From contig CAZZDD010000001.1 in assembly GCA_964652185.1 (NCBI GenBank), positions 20,407 through 84,406 of the forward strand: 64,000 bases of DNA. Reading direction: 5' to 3'. The position numbers and the translations under genes are program-made. Below, piece after piece: positions 53,550 to 60,115 of the stretch. The number at the start of each line of letters is the position of its first letter. The first letter of the stretch is position 1. The notes beneath the pieces are model-generated. The model ran no database searches. It saw nothing but the letters and a program-made list of their open reading frames with translations, and was not told the DNA's origin. This DNA is from an uncultured Candidatus Peribacteria bacterium. GTDB lineage: Bacteria; Patescibacteriota; Gracilibacteria; Peribacterales; Peribacteraceae.

Positions 53550-53965
53550 CGGTACTCCTCAATCAGTTGCCGCATTGACGCATAGTGCGCACCTTCGAGC
53601 TTGTGTGTCATCATGATTTTTTCTTCCGCCATTGCACAGACACGATTGTAAAAGTCAACCACATCTGCATTATTAGGCACACGTTTGTTCCATATAGCCG
53701 CCGCTAGTCGCATGGCTTCAATCGGATCTTCATGGTGCACACTATCGGTCATTAATTCACATGTAGTGCATTCAATCCATGTCGCATTAGGATCTAGTGT
53801 GTCTAGCCATTGACCAAACAGGGCTATACCACCGCAGCAGGGACACGGCAACAAGTCAGGTTCCCTTGGCGGCGGATCCTGTTTAGCCCATCCCCACTTT
53901 CGAGAGAGATCATCTTTGACCGCTCCCATCAAGGCATCCATCATTTCCCATCCATCATTCGGCAT
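53546..53965 (-). CDS. Lar-family (restriction alleviation-like) zinc-ribbon protein
   Basis: LLPCPCCGG...WIECTTCEL...EAMRLAAAIWNKR matches the C-P-x-C-G ... C-x-x-C ... A-x-x-x-W-N-x-R layout. ATG 53965 in TAATG overlap. Confidence 0.55.
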   Translation of the reverse strand: MPNDGWEMMDALMGAVKDDLSRKWGWAKQDPPPREPDLLPCPCCGGIALFGQWLDTLDPNATWIECTTCELMTDSVHHEDPIEAMRLAAAIWNKRVPNNADVVDFYNRVCAMAEEKIMMTHKLEGAHYASMRQLIEEYR

Positions 53966-54168
53966 TACAGTTCCACCCAATCACACGCTGCCTTAGTCAC
54001 GCCATCAACCACAATCAGATCATCATTGCTCAGTAGTTCGGGATCGTCTTCCTCGTCCCATCCCCACGTTGGATTAAAATCTTGATTGGCATATCGAAAC
54101 CGCACGTAGACAACACTGCCATGTTCTTCGCCACCAAATCTAACCGTGTAGAATCCGTCGCTTGGCAT
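53965..54168 (-). CDS. hypothetical protein (67 aa)
   Basis: ATG 54168 overlaps the endolysin stop (TGATG). Confidence 0.45.
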   Translation of the reverse strand: MPSDGFYTVRFGGEEHGSVVYVRFRYANQDFNPTWGWDEEDDPELLSNDDLIVVDGVTKAACDWVEL

Positions 54169-54992
54169 CACGCCCCCACCAATTGCCGAATCAACTGAGC
54201 ATAATGACTAGCATTTGCGCTGCCATTGTAGGTCTTCGCAAAGCCTAGATAATCGCCAATCTTCAATGCTGCCAATGCCCCACTGCTATCCATCCACCGG
54301 AACATAGCTTCAATCTGCACGTCTTCGCCCTCACTGAACGCCAACGCCATTGCCGGCGCTGACACGTAGCCAAGCATTTTATGATGGAATCCCATTAGTT
54401 GAGGCGCACCCATACTGCAACTCTGCCAAGCAGATTCGGCATCGATCATTGTGGCTAGACTAAGCGCTTGCCACTCACCATTTTGCTTGCCGTGATAGCC
54501 TACCCAATCGGCTCGCGGTGAAGTACGCAGTCTGTGTTGGTTGCCGTCCCACACTGGTGAGCCAACAGCGAACAATCTGTCGAAGCCGTCGCTTGTGGCA
54601 CGAACTCGAAACACGTGTGGCTCAAAGCGAATCACAAGCCGTCCATCCTCAAAGCCACGCCCGCCCGATTCAACCTGAATCACAGCCTTGACTTTCGCCA
54701 CATCTACGCCGTAAGCCGCCGACAGTCGATCAATCAATGGCGGTGTCTCACCAAGGACAATCAGTAATGGACGCCCGCTTACGGCCTCAGCGCACCAGCC
54801 AACTTTGTCGCCACTCTGCACACCCCACCATCGCAAGCCGTCCGCGTCAACAGGACCATCAACCACACGCAGCGGATCGCCGGTGTAGGACAGTTCGCCA
54901 ATCTTGCCGTAGCTGCGACCTGGACCACTGCGAATATTTACGATTAATGGCGTGCTGACATTTACGCCGATGGTGATTGGTTCTAGTCCCAT
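54168..54992 (-). CDS. endolysin: SH3b domain + N-acetylmuramidase (DUF3380/PF11860-type)
   Basis: VNIRSGPGRSYGKIGEL...GLRWWGVQSGDKVGWCAE (SH3b). AVIQVESGGRGF...IRFEPHVF...SCSMGAPQLMGFHHKMLGY...FAKTYNG (muramidase). ATG 54992. Confidence 0.85.
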   Translation of the reverse strand: MGLEPITIGVNVSTPLIVNIRSGPGRSYGKIGELSYTGDPLRVVDGPVDADGLRWWGVQSGDKVGWCAEAVSGRPLLIVLGETPPLIDRLSAAYGVDVAKVKAVIQVESGGRGFEDGRLVIRFEPHVFRVRATSDGFDRLFAVGSPVWDGNQHRLRTSPRADWVGYHGKQNGEWQALSLATMIDAESAWQSCSMGAPQLMGFHHKMLGYVSAPAMALAFSEGEDVQIEAMFRWMDSSGALAALKIGDYLGFAKTYNGSANASHYAQLIRQLVGA

Positions 54993-55183
54993 ATGATCGC
55001 CCCGCCACGTTGCAACGAAAGAAAGCGATCCCAGTCCCAAGAATAAACCGCATCTTGTGGATTTAGTCCCGGCACAAGCGGACATATCTGCCCGATCATC
55101 CACTCAGATAGCGCAGCCTGAAGAGACTCGTCTGTCTCGCTGATTCGGATATAGTTGATGCCATCGTGATTGTGAATTTGCAT
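54983..55183 (-). CDS. hypothetical protein (66 aa), first ORF after the structured leader
   Basis: ORF with a weak SD. No TM segment, so not an obvious holin. Confidence 0.4.
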   Translation of the reverse strand: MQIHNHDGINYIRISETDESLQAALSEWMIGQICPLVPGLNPQDAVYSWDWDRFLSLQRGGAIIWD

Positions 55184-55341
55184 GAATTTCTAATTCCGTG
55201 ATATGAGCCGGTCCCGCCCCGGCTATAGATCGGCCCTGCCCTCACGGGTTCGGACTCTGCTGCGCAGATGGCGTCTCACCGATTACTCTACTAGAGGGAC
55301 TATCACAGCGTGTCATCTCGCCACGCCGCCACATCACCAAT

Positions 55342-55391
55342 AAAAAAAACGGGCGCAGAAACTAACACGAATGTGCTAATCTCTGCGCCCG
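55342..55391 (-). terminator. strong rho-independent terminator (hairpin + U8)
   Basis: Minus strand: CGGGCGCAGA..UAGCAC AUUC GUGUUA..UCUGCGCCCG followed by TTTTTTTT (55349..55342). Confidence 0.8.
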
Positions 55392-55434
55392 TTGACAGTA
55401 CAGTTACGCTGTTGCTATTTTACTGAACGATGAA

Positions 55435-55626
55435 TCAGTTCAGTTTTATTTTTCGTTTCGGTGGCTGGAAGTCTACAATTGCGGTGTCTTGATTCGGTAG
55501 AATGCTGATCACCACAGTGCATCCCTCTCGTTTGGCGATCATGAGTAACGCAGCTAAGTTGTCATTAAGCTGATCAGTAATCCGCTCAATAATTATTCTT
55601 GCTTTTGCCTCTGTCGCCTCTGTCAT
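55435..55626 (-). CDS. small early protein (63 aa)
   Basis: GGTGGTG upstream of the ATG. Bracketed by two promoters upstream and a terminator downstream. No motif. Confidence 0.6.
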   Translation of the reverse strand: MTEATEAKARIIIERITDQLNDNLAALLMIAKREGCTVVISILPNQDTAIVDFQPPKRKIKLN

Positions 55627-55662
55627 TCACCACCATCAAACAAAATAAGCCACGCCGACAAA

Positions 55663-55671
55663 ATTATATCA
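55663..55671 (-). promoter_or_regulatory. extended -10 promoter element TGATATAAT
   Basis: Minus strand: TG-A-TATAAT (55671..55663), 37 nt upstream of the ATG at 55626. No good -35. Confidence 0.5.
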
Positions 55672-55707
55672 GGCGCGGCGTAATGTGGTCGTTGATTGCC
55701 TTAATGA

Positions 55708-55736
55708 ATTATACGTCATGTCGTCAGGTTTGTCAA
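55708..55736 (-). promoter_or_regulatory. perfect-consensus sigma70 promoter TTGACA-17 nt-TATAAT
   Basis: Minus strand: GTAG TTGACA AACCTGACGACATGACG TATAAT TCATT. Hexamers at 55736..55731 and 55713..55708. Confidence 0.75.
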
Positions 55737-55770
55737 CTACTTTGGACTGATTCTAAGTGTTGGCGGCAAA

Positions 55771-55806
55771 CTACTAACTTGCTACTAATTATTCGGAAAT
55801 TAGTAG
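55771..55806. promoter_or_regulatory. operator-like repeats: CTACTAA direct repeat plus CTACTAATT-N7-AATTAGTAG inverted repeat
   Basis: CTACTAA at 55771-55777. CTACTAATT at 55782-55790 and its exact reverse complement at 55798-55806. Located between the divergent promoters. Confidence 0.55.
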
Positions 55807-55835
55807 TTGCGTGGCGGCTAGAATAAAATATCCTA

Positions 55836-55864
55836 TTGACACGTTTGCAAGCATGGCGTACAAT
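55836..55864 (+). promoter_or_regulatory. sigma70 promoter TTGACA-17 nt-TACAAT (P1)
   Basis: Hexamers at 55836-55841 and 55859-55864. 40 nt upstream of the SD-preceded ATG at 55905. Confidence 0.75.
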
Positions 55865-55904
55865 AGGATATTGAGCACTTAATCATTAGCCGAGGAGAAA
55901 CAGC

Positions 55905-56096
55905 ATGACAAATACCGACAGCAAGTCGCAACGACGCCACAACAAGGAATGGAAAGACAGTACACGCAATGATCGTACCCGTGCCCGCGAGCAGGCACTG
56001 AAGGATATCTTGCAAGCCGCCGGATGGAGCAACAAGAGCGAACTATTGACGGCGATTATCAATGGCGATATTGCCGTGCCGCAAAAGCCAAGATGA
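55905..56096 (+). CDS. small basic protein (63 aa), candidate DNA-binding regulator
   Basis: GAGGAG upstream of the ATG. Arg/Lys-rich N-terminal half (KSQRRHNKEWKDSTRNDRTRAREQ). Function inferred from position in the switch-like region. Confidence 0.6.
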   Translation: MTNTDSKSQRRHNKEWKDSTRNDRTRAREQALKDILQAAGWSNKSELLTAIINGDIAVPQKPR

Positions 56097-56154
56097 TCGT
56101 AAGGTCAGAAGCGAAATAGAACAAAATTGCTACAAAATTCGTCAATATTGGGTA

Positions 56155-56183
56155 TTGACACGTTTGCAAACGTGTAGTATAAT
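56155..56183 (+). promoter_or_regulatory. perfect-consensus sigma70 promoter TTGACA-17 nt-TATAAT (P2) with embedded 18-bp perfect palindrome
   Basis: Hexamers at 56155-56160 and 56178-56183. ACACGTTTG|CAAACGTGT at 56158-56175. The first 17 nt (TATTGACACGTTTGCAA) are identical to P1. Confidence 0.8.
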
Positions 56184-56233
56184 AGGTGTACAGGCAGAAA
56201 CAACCATTAACAATCAAATAATAGGAGCGCAAT

Positions 56234-56383
56234 ATGAAATTCGATGTCTTTATGCTCGACGGGTACTTCGTCGGTAGCTTCAACGGTCATCAAGACCAAG
56301 CCGAAGCTAGCTTCCGCACTTGGTGCTGGCAGACGAACCGCAACCATGAGAACTACTACTTCCACGCACACATTGAAATCTAA
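56234..56383 (+). CDS. small protein (49 aa)
   Basis: Below track cutoff. ATG lies 6 nt after AGGAG and about 45 nt downstream of P2. Sequence MKFDVFMLDGYFVGSFNGHQDQAEASFRTWCWQTNRNHENYYFHAHIEI. Confidence 0.6.
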   Translation: MKFDVFMLDGYFVGSFNGHQDQAEASFRTWCWQTNRNHENYYFHAHIEI

Positions 56384-56438
56384 GCCAAACAAAGAGAGCC
56401 GACGCTGAGTCATCGAAGGGAGTAGCCCTCCCGCCCTA

Positions 56439-56705
56439 ATGCAGGTGATAGCGGTCACAACCCCGCAGGCAGAATGCAGAGTGAGGCAATCATACATTTA
56501 TTCACAAGGAGCACGAAATGCAAATCGTATCACTTACAGCGAATCGTATCAGCGAAGAATACACCTCAATGGCAAGCCGGTGTCCGAGAGAGAGTACACC
56601 GCCAAGCAGCGTCAAATGAAAAAGATGGTGACACGAATCGAAGCAGTGCCGGTGACAAAATTCATCGGCGTAGCGCTGACCATCAATGAGTATGAAGTAC
56701 ACTGA
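56439..56705 (+). CDS. hypothetical protein (up to 88 aa), start unresolved
   Basis: Protein-like ORF but no SD at its ATG. The only strong SD-ATG (AAGGAG-6 nt-ATG at 56518) is in the +1 neighbouring frame and is open for only 33 codons. Confidence 0.35.
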   Translation: MQVIAVTTPQAECRVRQSYIYSQGARNANRITYSESYQRRIHLNGKPVSEREYTAKQRQMKKMVTRIEAVPVTKFIGVALTINEYEVH

Positions 56706-56755
56706 AACAATCATCGCAGCCGGCAGCCCTGGCGCTCTAACCCAACTAATACCGG

Positions 56756-57124
56756 ATGTCCCAAGTACCGGATGAGAAATGGGGGAGGGGAGCGACGATT
56801 AAAACATTTCACGAAAGGTATAAAACGATCATGCTAACAAAAAACGATTTCAGAGACAAGGAATTACCATCAAAAATCTTGGAGTCCCTAACTCCTGAGA
56901 CGCAAGCGAAAGGAATGGCGCTGTACCACCAGTGCCCGGAAAATAAGATACGTCGCCAGAAGACGGCACGCGATCTAGGCCCAACACCAACAGCGCCGTT
57001 AATCAATGCTGTTCTGGACAGAGAGAACAGCATTGTAGTATCACAAGAAGAGATAGACCAATTCGTGGGTATCCACGAATTGATGATCGACAACAACGGG
57101 AATCAATTCTGGTTCCCGTTTTAA
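56756..57124 (+). CDS. hypothetical protein (97-122 aa)
   Basis: Last + strand ORF before the shared terminator. Start is either ATG 56756 or ATG 56831. Confidence 0.5.
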   Translation: MSQVPDEKWGRGATIKTFHERYKTIMLTKNDFRDKELPSKILESLTPETQAKGMALYHQCPENKIRRQKTARDLGPTPTAPLINAVLDRENSIVVSQEEIDQFVGIHELMIDNNGNQFWFPF

Positions 57125-57150
57125 AACCCATGTCACATACGCAAAAAGAA

Positions 57151-57180
57151 AGAAGCCGACACGTGATTGTGTCGGCTTCT
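57151..57180. terminator. terminator hairpin shared by convergent units
   Basis: AGAAGCCGACAC (57151-57162) / GTGATT / GTGTCGGCTTCT (57169-57180). The minus-strand reading is followed by TTTCTTTTT. The plus-strand reading is followed only by TTGAT. Confidence 0.75.
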
Positions 57181-57190
57181 TTGATCAACG

Positions 57191-57427
57191 CTAATTCAAC
57201 GTTCGTGTGCTATCATCGCTCCTCCCCCGCGCTTTCTCCATCTTCGCCAACACTTGATCTCTTCGTCGCACCCACGCGGGACGAATACCGAGCGCTATGC
57301 TCGATGCCATGCCAAGCGCTATGCCCGACGCTATCACCTTGCCGGCATGATGCATCGACAGCCGAAGATTCCCGAATGCCTCCACCACTTTATACGCCTC
57401 TTCAATTCGCTGTTGGTTGGTATCCAT
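57191..57427 (-). CDS. hypothetical protein with a hydrophobic central segment (78 aa)
   Basis: Last ORF of the minus-strand early array. Confidence 0.45.
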   Translation of the reverse strand: MDTNQQRIEEAYKVVEAFGNLRLSMHHAGKVIASGIALGMASSIALGIRPAWVRRRDQVLAKMEKARGRSDDSTRTLN

Positions 57428-57719
57428 TGCCGTCCCTTTTGATATACTTTTCGAGACAAATCTTTATCACAACGGATTCCAGTTGGTGTTGGATAAGGGC
57501 CGGCATATCACTCACTGCTCGTAGATAATCCCACGGCACGCCAAAACCCCCAGATCCTAGCCCGTTTAGCTCTAAGCGCACAACGAGTTCACATTTGCGG
57601 GCATCAACAGTGAACGTACCGTTGGCAAGCAACGCCGACATGATAGCATTGACCCGCTCTAATAATTTCTGTGCTTCATCGGTAGATATGCCGAATGGCA
57701 TCACTATTGATTCAGTCAT
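57402..57719 (-). CDS. hypothetical protein (105 aa)
   Basis: ATG 57719 overlaps the upstream small ORF by 8 nt. Confidence 0.5.
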   Translation of the reverse strand: MTESIVMPFGISTDEAQKLLERVNAIMSALLANGTFTVDARKCELVVRLELNGLGSGGFGVPWDYLRAVSDMPALIQHQLESVVIKICLEKYIKRDGNGYQPTAN

Positions 57720-57882
57720 TGTTCGCCACATCCAAATTTCGCACGTCCACCCAGTGCCGAACGCCGCCCACGTCTACCAACGCAGACTGGCCCGACACGA
57801 GTACAACCACGCCGCTGCACCATGCGTTGTCGGCAGGTTGCCATCCGATGTAATTGACGGTGGATCCGGTTGTGATTGTCAT
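57712..57882 (-). CDS. small protein (56 aa)
   Basis: Below track cutoff. ATGA overlap with upstream stop. Balanced, beta-type composition (MTITTGSTVNYIGWQPADNAWCSGVVVLVSGQSALVDVGGVRHWVDVRNLDVANND). Confidence 0.5.
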   Translation of the reverse strand: MTITTGSTVNYIGWQPADNAWCSGVVVLVSGQSALVDVGGVRHWVDVRNLDVANND

Positions 57883-58139
57883 TGGTTATCCTCGCTTAAA
57901 CTCAACACCGCCTCACGCACAAACTCAGCCGTGATACCCTCGCCGCTTGCCTCGTATCGACGATGCGAATTGTCGGCGGAATCATAGTATGCTAGATTGG
58001 CAATTGACATGTAATCAACATTGCCCACATTGACTGTAAAGGCGATCAGATCGCCTCGACTCCATGTTGAACTAAGATCCCTCTTGAAGCCCATACTCTC
58101 CAAGCAGGTTTTAGCTTCTGGATAGTCTGACATTGCCAT
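57879..58139 (-). CDS. hypothetical protein (86 aa)
   Basis: GAGG 9 nt upstream of the ATG. Confidence 0.5.
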   Translation of the reverse strand: MAMSDYPEAKTCLESMGFKRDLSSTWSRGDLIAFTVNVGNVDYMSIANLAYYDSADNSHRRYEASGEGITAEFVREAVLSLSEDNQ

Positions 58140-58386
58140 TGTTTAACCTCGCTTCGTGCACCTCAACTCCAATCCCATAATCACTCCCATGCGCCAATGC
58201 CCACGCGCCTACCGCCTCTTGTACAGTCTTGCCACAGTCCCACACTGCACTGTTGCCGGCTAATGCGCAATGGTAGTCGTGTGGGCGCTTGGTAACGACC
58301 AGGGCAAGTCGTGGTAGCGTTATGCGCCATTCATCGCCGTTGCCAATTGAGATGTCGGAGAATAGGGTACTATATTCAAATGACAT
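58111..58386 (-). CDS. hypothetical protein (91 aa), N-terminal paralogue of 58953..59192
   Basis: ATG 58386 overlaps the upstream TGA. Starts MSFEYSTLFSDISIGNGDEW. Confidence 0.5.
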   Translation of the reverse strand: MSFEYSTLFSDISIGNGDEWRITLPRLALVVTKRPHDYHCALAGNSAVWDCGKTVQEAVGAWALAHGSDYGIGVEVHEARLNNGNVRLSRS

Positions 58387-58619
58387 CAATCCACCTCATA
58401 TTTCGTTGTAACTTTCACCGGCTTGGGTACCACGATCTCGCCCTTGATTAGCATCACCATGTTGGCACCCCAATAGACGGGCTTGACATATCCGTCAAGC
58501 CCGTCCACAAATTCGACTGGCGCGCTTCTCTCAGCTAATTCAGCCAAATAGCGCTGAATGTCTACTTGCCGAATCGCAATATCGCCGTCATCGCTGCATG
58601 ATAATTCAAAGTATGCCAT
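58386..58619 (-). CDS. hypothetical protein (77 aa)
   Basis: ATG 58619 lies 7 nt after GGAGG. The longer track ORF is an Arg/Cys-rich off-frame read of the upstream gene. Confidence 0.55.
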   Translation of the reverse strand: MAYFELSCSDDGDIAIRQVDIQRYLAELAERSAPVEFVDGLDGYVKPVYWGANMVMLIKGEIVVPKPVKVTTKYEVD

Positions 58620-58956
58620 CAGCAATCCTCCAAGGTAAATTAAACATACGCACTGACCAATCAGGCAGAGTAATCGGCTTGCCTTTGTCCGCCATTGCAC
58701 ACCGCTCACATTCACGCACGCACCATTTATTCGGAAACTCTGCCACACTGCCGGGCTTGCCGTCGCTACCTTCGTAGGTGCCCGGATCTGTCGGTGCAAT
58801 ACCAAGTTCGCCATCAGCCAAGTGCACAACATCGTCGTCATCGCCCGACAGCTTGATCTCAGGACGTTGACTGACACCCCACGCCTTTGCGCAGTTGCCG
58901 TCGCAGGCAACGATGACAGCATTGCCGAAGTAGGTTATATTTGCTTGCGGCATCAT
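58606..58956 (-). CDS. Cys-rich hypothetical protein (116 aa)
   Basis: ACDGNCAKAWG ... NKWCVRECERC suggests metal binding. Co-oriented. Confidence 0.5.
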   Translation of the reverse strand: MMPQANITYFGNAVIVACDGNCAKAWGVSQRPEIKLSGDDDDVVHLADGELGIAPTDPGTYEGSDGKPGSVAEFPNKWCVRECERCAMADKGKPITLPDWSVRMFNLPWRIADGIL

Positions 58957-59192
58957 CGCATCTCCTCAAAATGTCGCCGTGCCTCAGCCGGCAATTCTTC
59001 GATAGCCGCCGATACAATACACGTTTGTATTGAAAATATCGGCAAGCACAACGCCAACTCGTACGTTGTAATGTCCACCTGTGGCTTCCACATGTACTGA
59101 CGTAATGGCTTTGGCGTGTAAGTGGTCAACGACCACTGATCGCCGCCGACAATGCAAATATCGGAAAACAGATCACTATATTCAAATGCCAT
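58953..59192 (-). CDS. hypothetical protein (79 aa), N-terminal paralogue of 58111..58386
   Basis: ATG 59192 just after the upstream stop. Starts MAFEYSDLFSDICIVGGDQW. Confidence 0.5.
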   Translation of the reverse strand: MAFEYSDLFSDICIVGGDQWSLTTYTPKPLRQYMWKPQVDITTYELALCLPIFSIQTCIVSAAIEELPAEARRHFEEMR

Positions 59193-59196
59193 TAGT

Positions 59197-59661
59197 TCAC
59201 CCCCACCACGAGGAAAGCCACCATTGCAAATTTCCATCGTGCTCAATCCCATGCGTTGTGCAAAAATCAAGCAGGATTTGCCGCTGTTCATCCGTCACAA
59301 CCATTTGCGCCGGATCGAGTGCTTCGGGATAACCCCGGCGGGCACTATTTGCTGTACCGGAAACGGCGAGAATATACATTGTGTATTCATCGCTACAGTG
59401 ACCAACAAGATCGACCGGCAATGGGTGAGCCCGGAGGAAGTCAAATTCTTCTTGAAAGTACCGTGACACATCGCCGTCGCTGATACCTGGTAGCCGTTCC
59501 CCATCTGCGTCATAAGCATCGAATGAGTGCTTGAAACCTAGCACATCGTATGCCCACCACCTTTCAATTTCGCCGCTACCATTCTCGTCAAGCCAAGGGA
59601 ATTCGTACCCTTCCTCAAACGAAAGACCATAGCAGATTTGCGCGTCAGTTGAAACACCCAT
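59197..59661 (-). CDS. hypothetical acidic protein (154 aa)
   Basis: Coupled ORF. Confidence 0.55.
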   Translation of the reverse strand: MGVSTDAQICYGLSFEEGYEFPWLDENGSGEIERWWAYDVLGFKHSFDAYDADGERLPGISDGDVSRYFQEEFDFLRAHPLPVDLVGHCSDEYTMYILAVSGTANSARRGYPEALDPAQMVVTDEQRQILLDFCTTHGIEHDGNLQWWLSSWWG

Positions 59662-59861
59662 TATCTCACCTTCAATTCCACGTCCACCCGCGCCGGCTCA
59701 TGCAGATTAACATAGTATCCAACGCGAGAAACATCCACGCTATCCACAACGAGCTCCGGGTTCTCTGCCTCAAACACTTCAATCAACGCTGCTATTTGTT
59801 TGCCTAGCGCCCGTCGTTTCGCCGTGAGCGATTCGGGTTGAGTGGTTGCGAGTTCAGTCAT
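59661..59861 (-). CDS. hypothetical protein (66 aa)
   Basis: Coupled ORF. Confidence 0.5.
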   Translation of the reverse strand: MTELATTQPESLTAKRRALGKQIAALIEVFEAENPELVVDSVDVSRVGYYVNLHEPARVDVELKVR

Positions 59862-60042
59862 TAGCCACCGCCACGGTTGTTTTCGTCAGCGCAACTTCTG
59901 TAGCTTTGCGCAACCCGCCTAGATCCTCGCTGGTGACAACAATGCACATGTTGTCATTGTCGGGATCTCGCGCTATCACCGTTAGATTGGTGATGCCTGT
60001 CAATCCGCTATCATGAATCTCGTCCTCGATCCCCTCCAGCAA
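59854..60042 (-). CDS. hypothetical protein (62 aa); probably the body of a longer gene interrupted by an in-frame TGA
   Basis: TTG 60042 has no SD. A GGAGG-preceded ATG at 60099 is in the same frame, separated by TGA at 60066..60064. Confidence 0.45.
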   Translation of the reverse strand: MLEGIEDEIHDSGLTGITNLTVIARDPDNDNMCIVVTSEDLGGLRKATEVALTKTTVAVAND

Positions 60043-60115
60043 AATTGCAATGCGACCGTGAAGTCACAGTAGTGCTTTTTGTTTTTCTGCTTCAGTCATT
60101 TGCTTGTGTCCTCCA

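Noticed and set aside
55184-55341. Possible tRNA or other small RNA gene: GC-rich, contains GGGTTCGGACTC resembling a T-loop.
   Set aside because: No flanking 5-bp T-stem and no acceptor or anticodon arms could be drawn by hand. No GGTTCGAATCC-type T-loop was noticed elsewhere in the window. It is kept only as a structured leader in the findings.
55392-55424. Plus-strand TTGACA-18 nt-TATTTT promoter-like sequence overlapping the terminator.
   Set aside because: It points into the 3' end of the minus-strand 63-aa gene with no plus-strand ORF downstream. It has a weak -10. The TTGACA is probably incidental to the hairpin flank.
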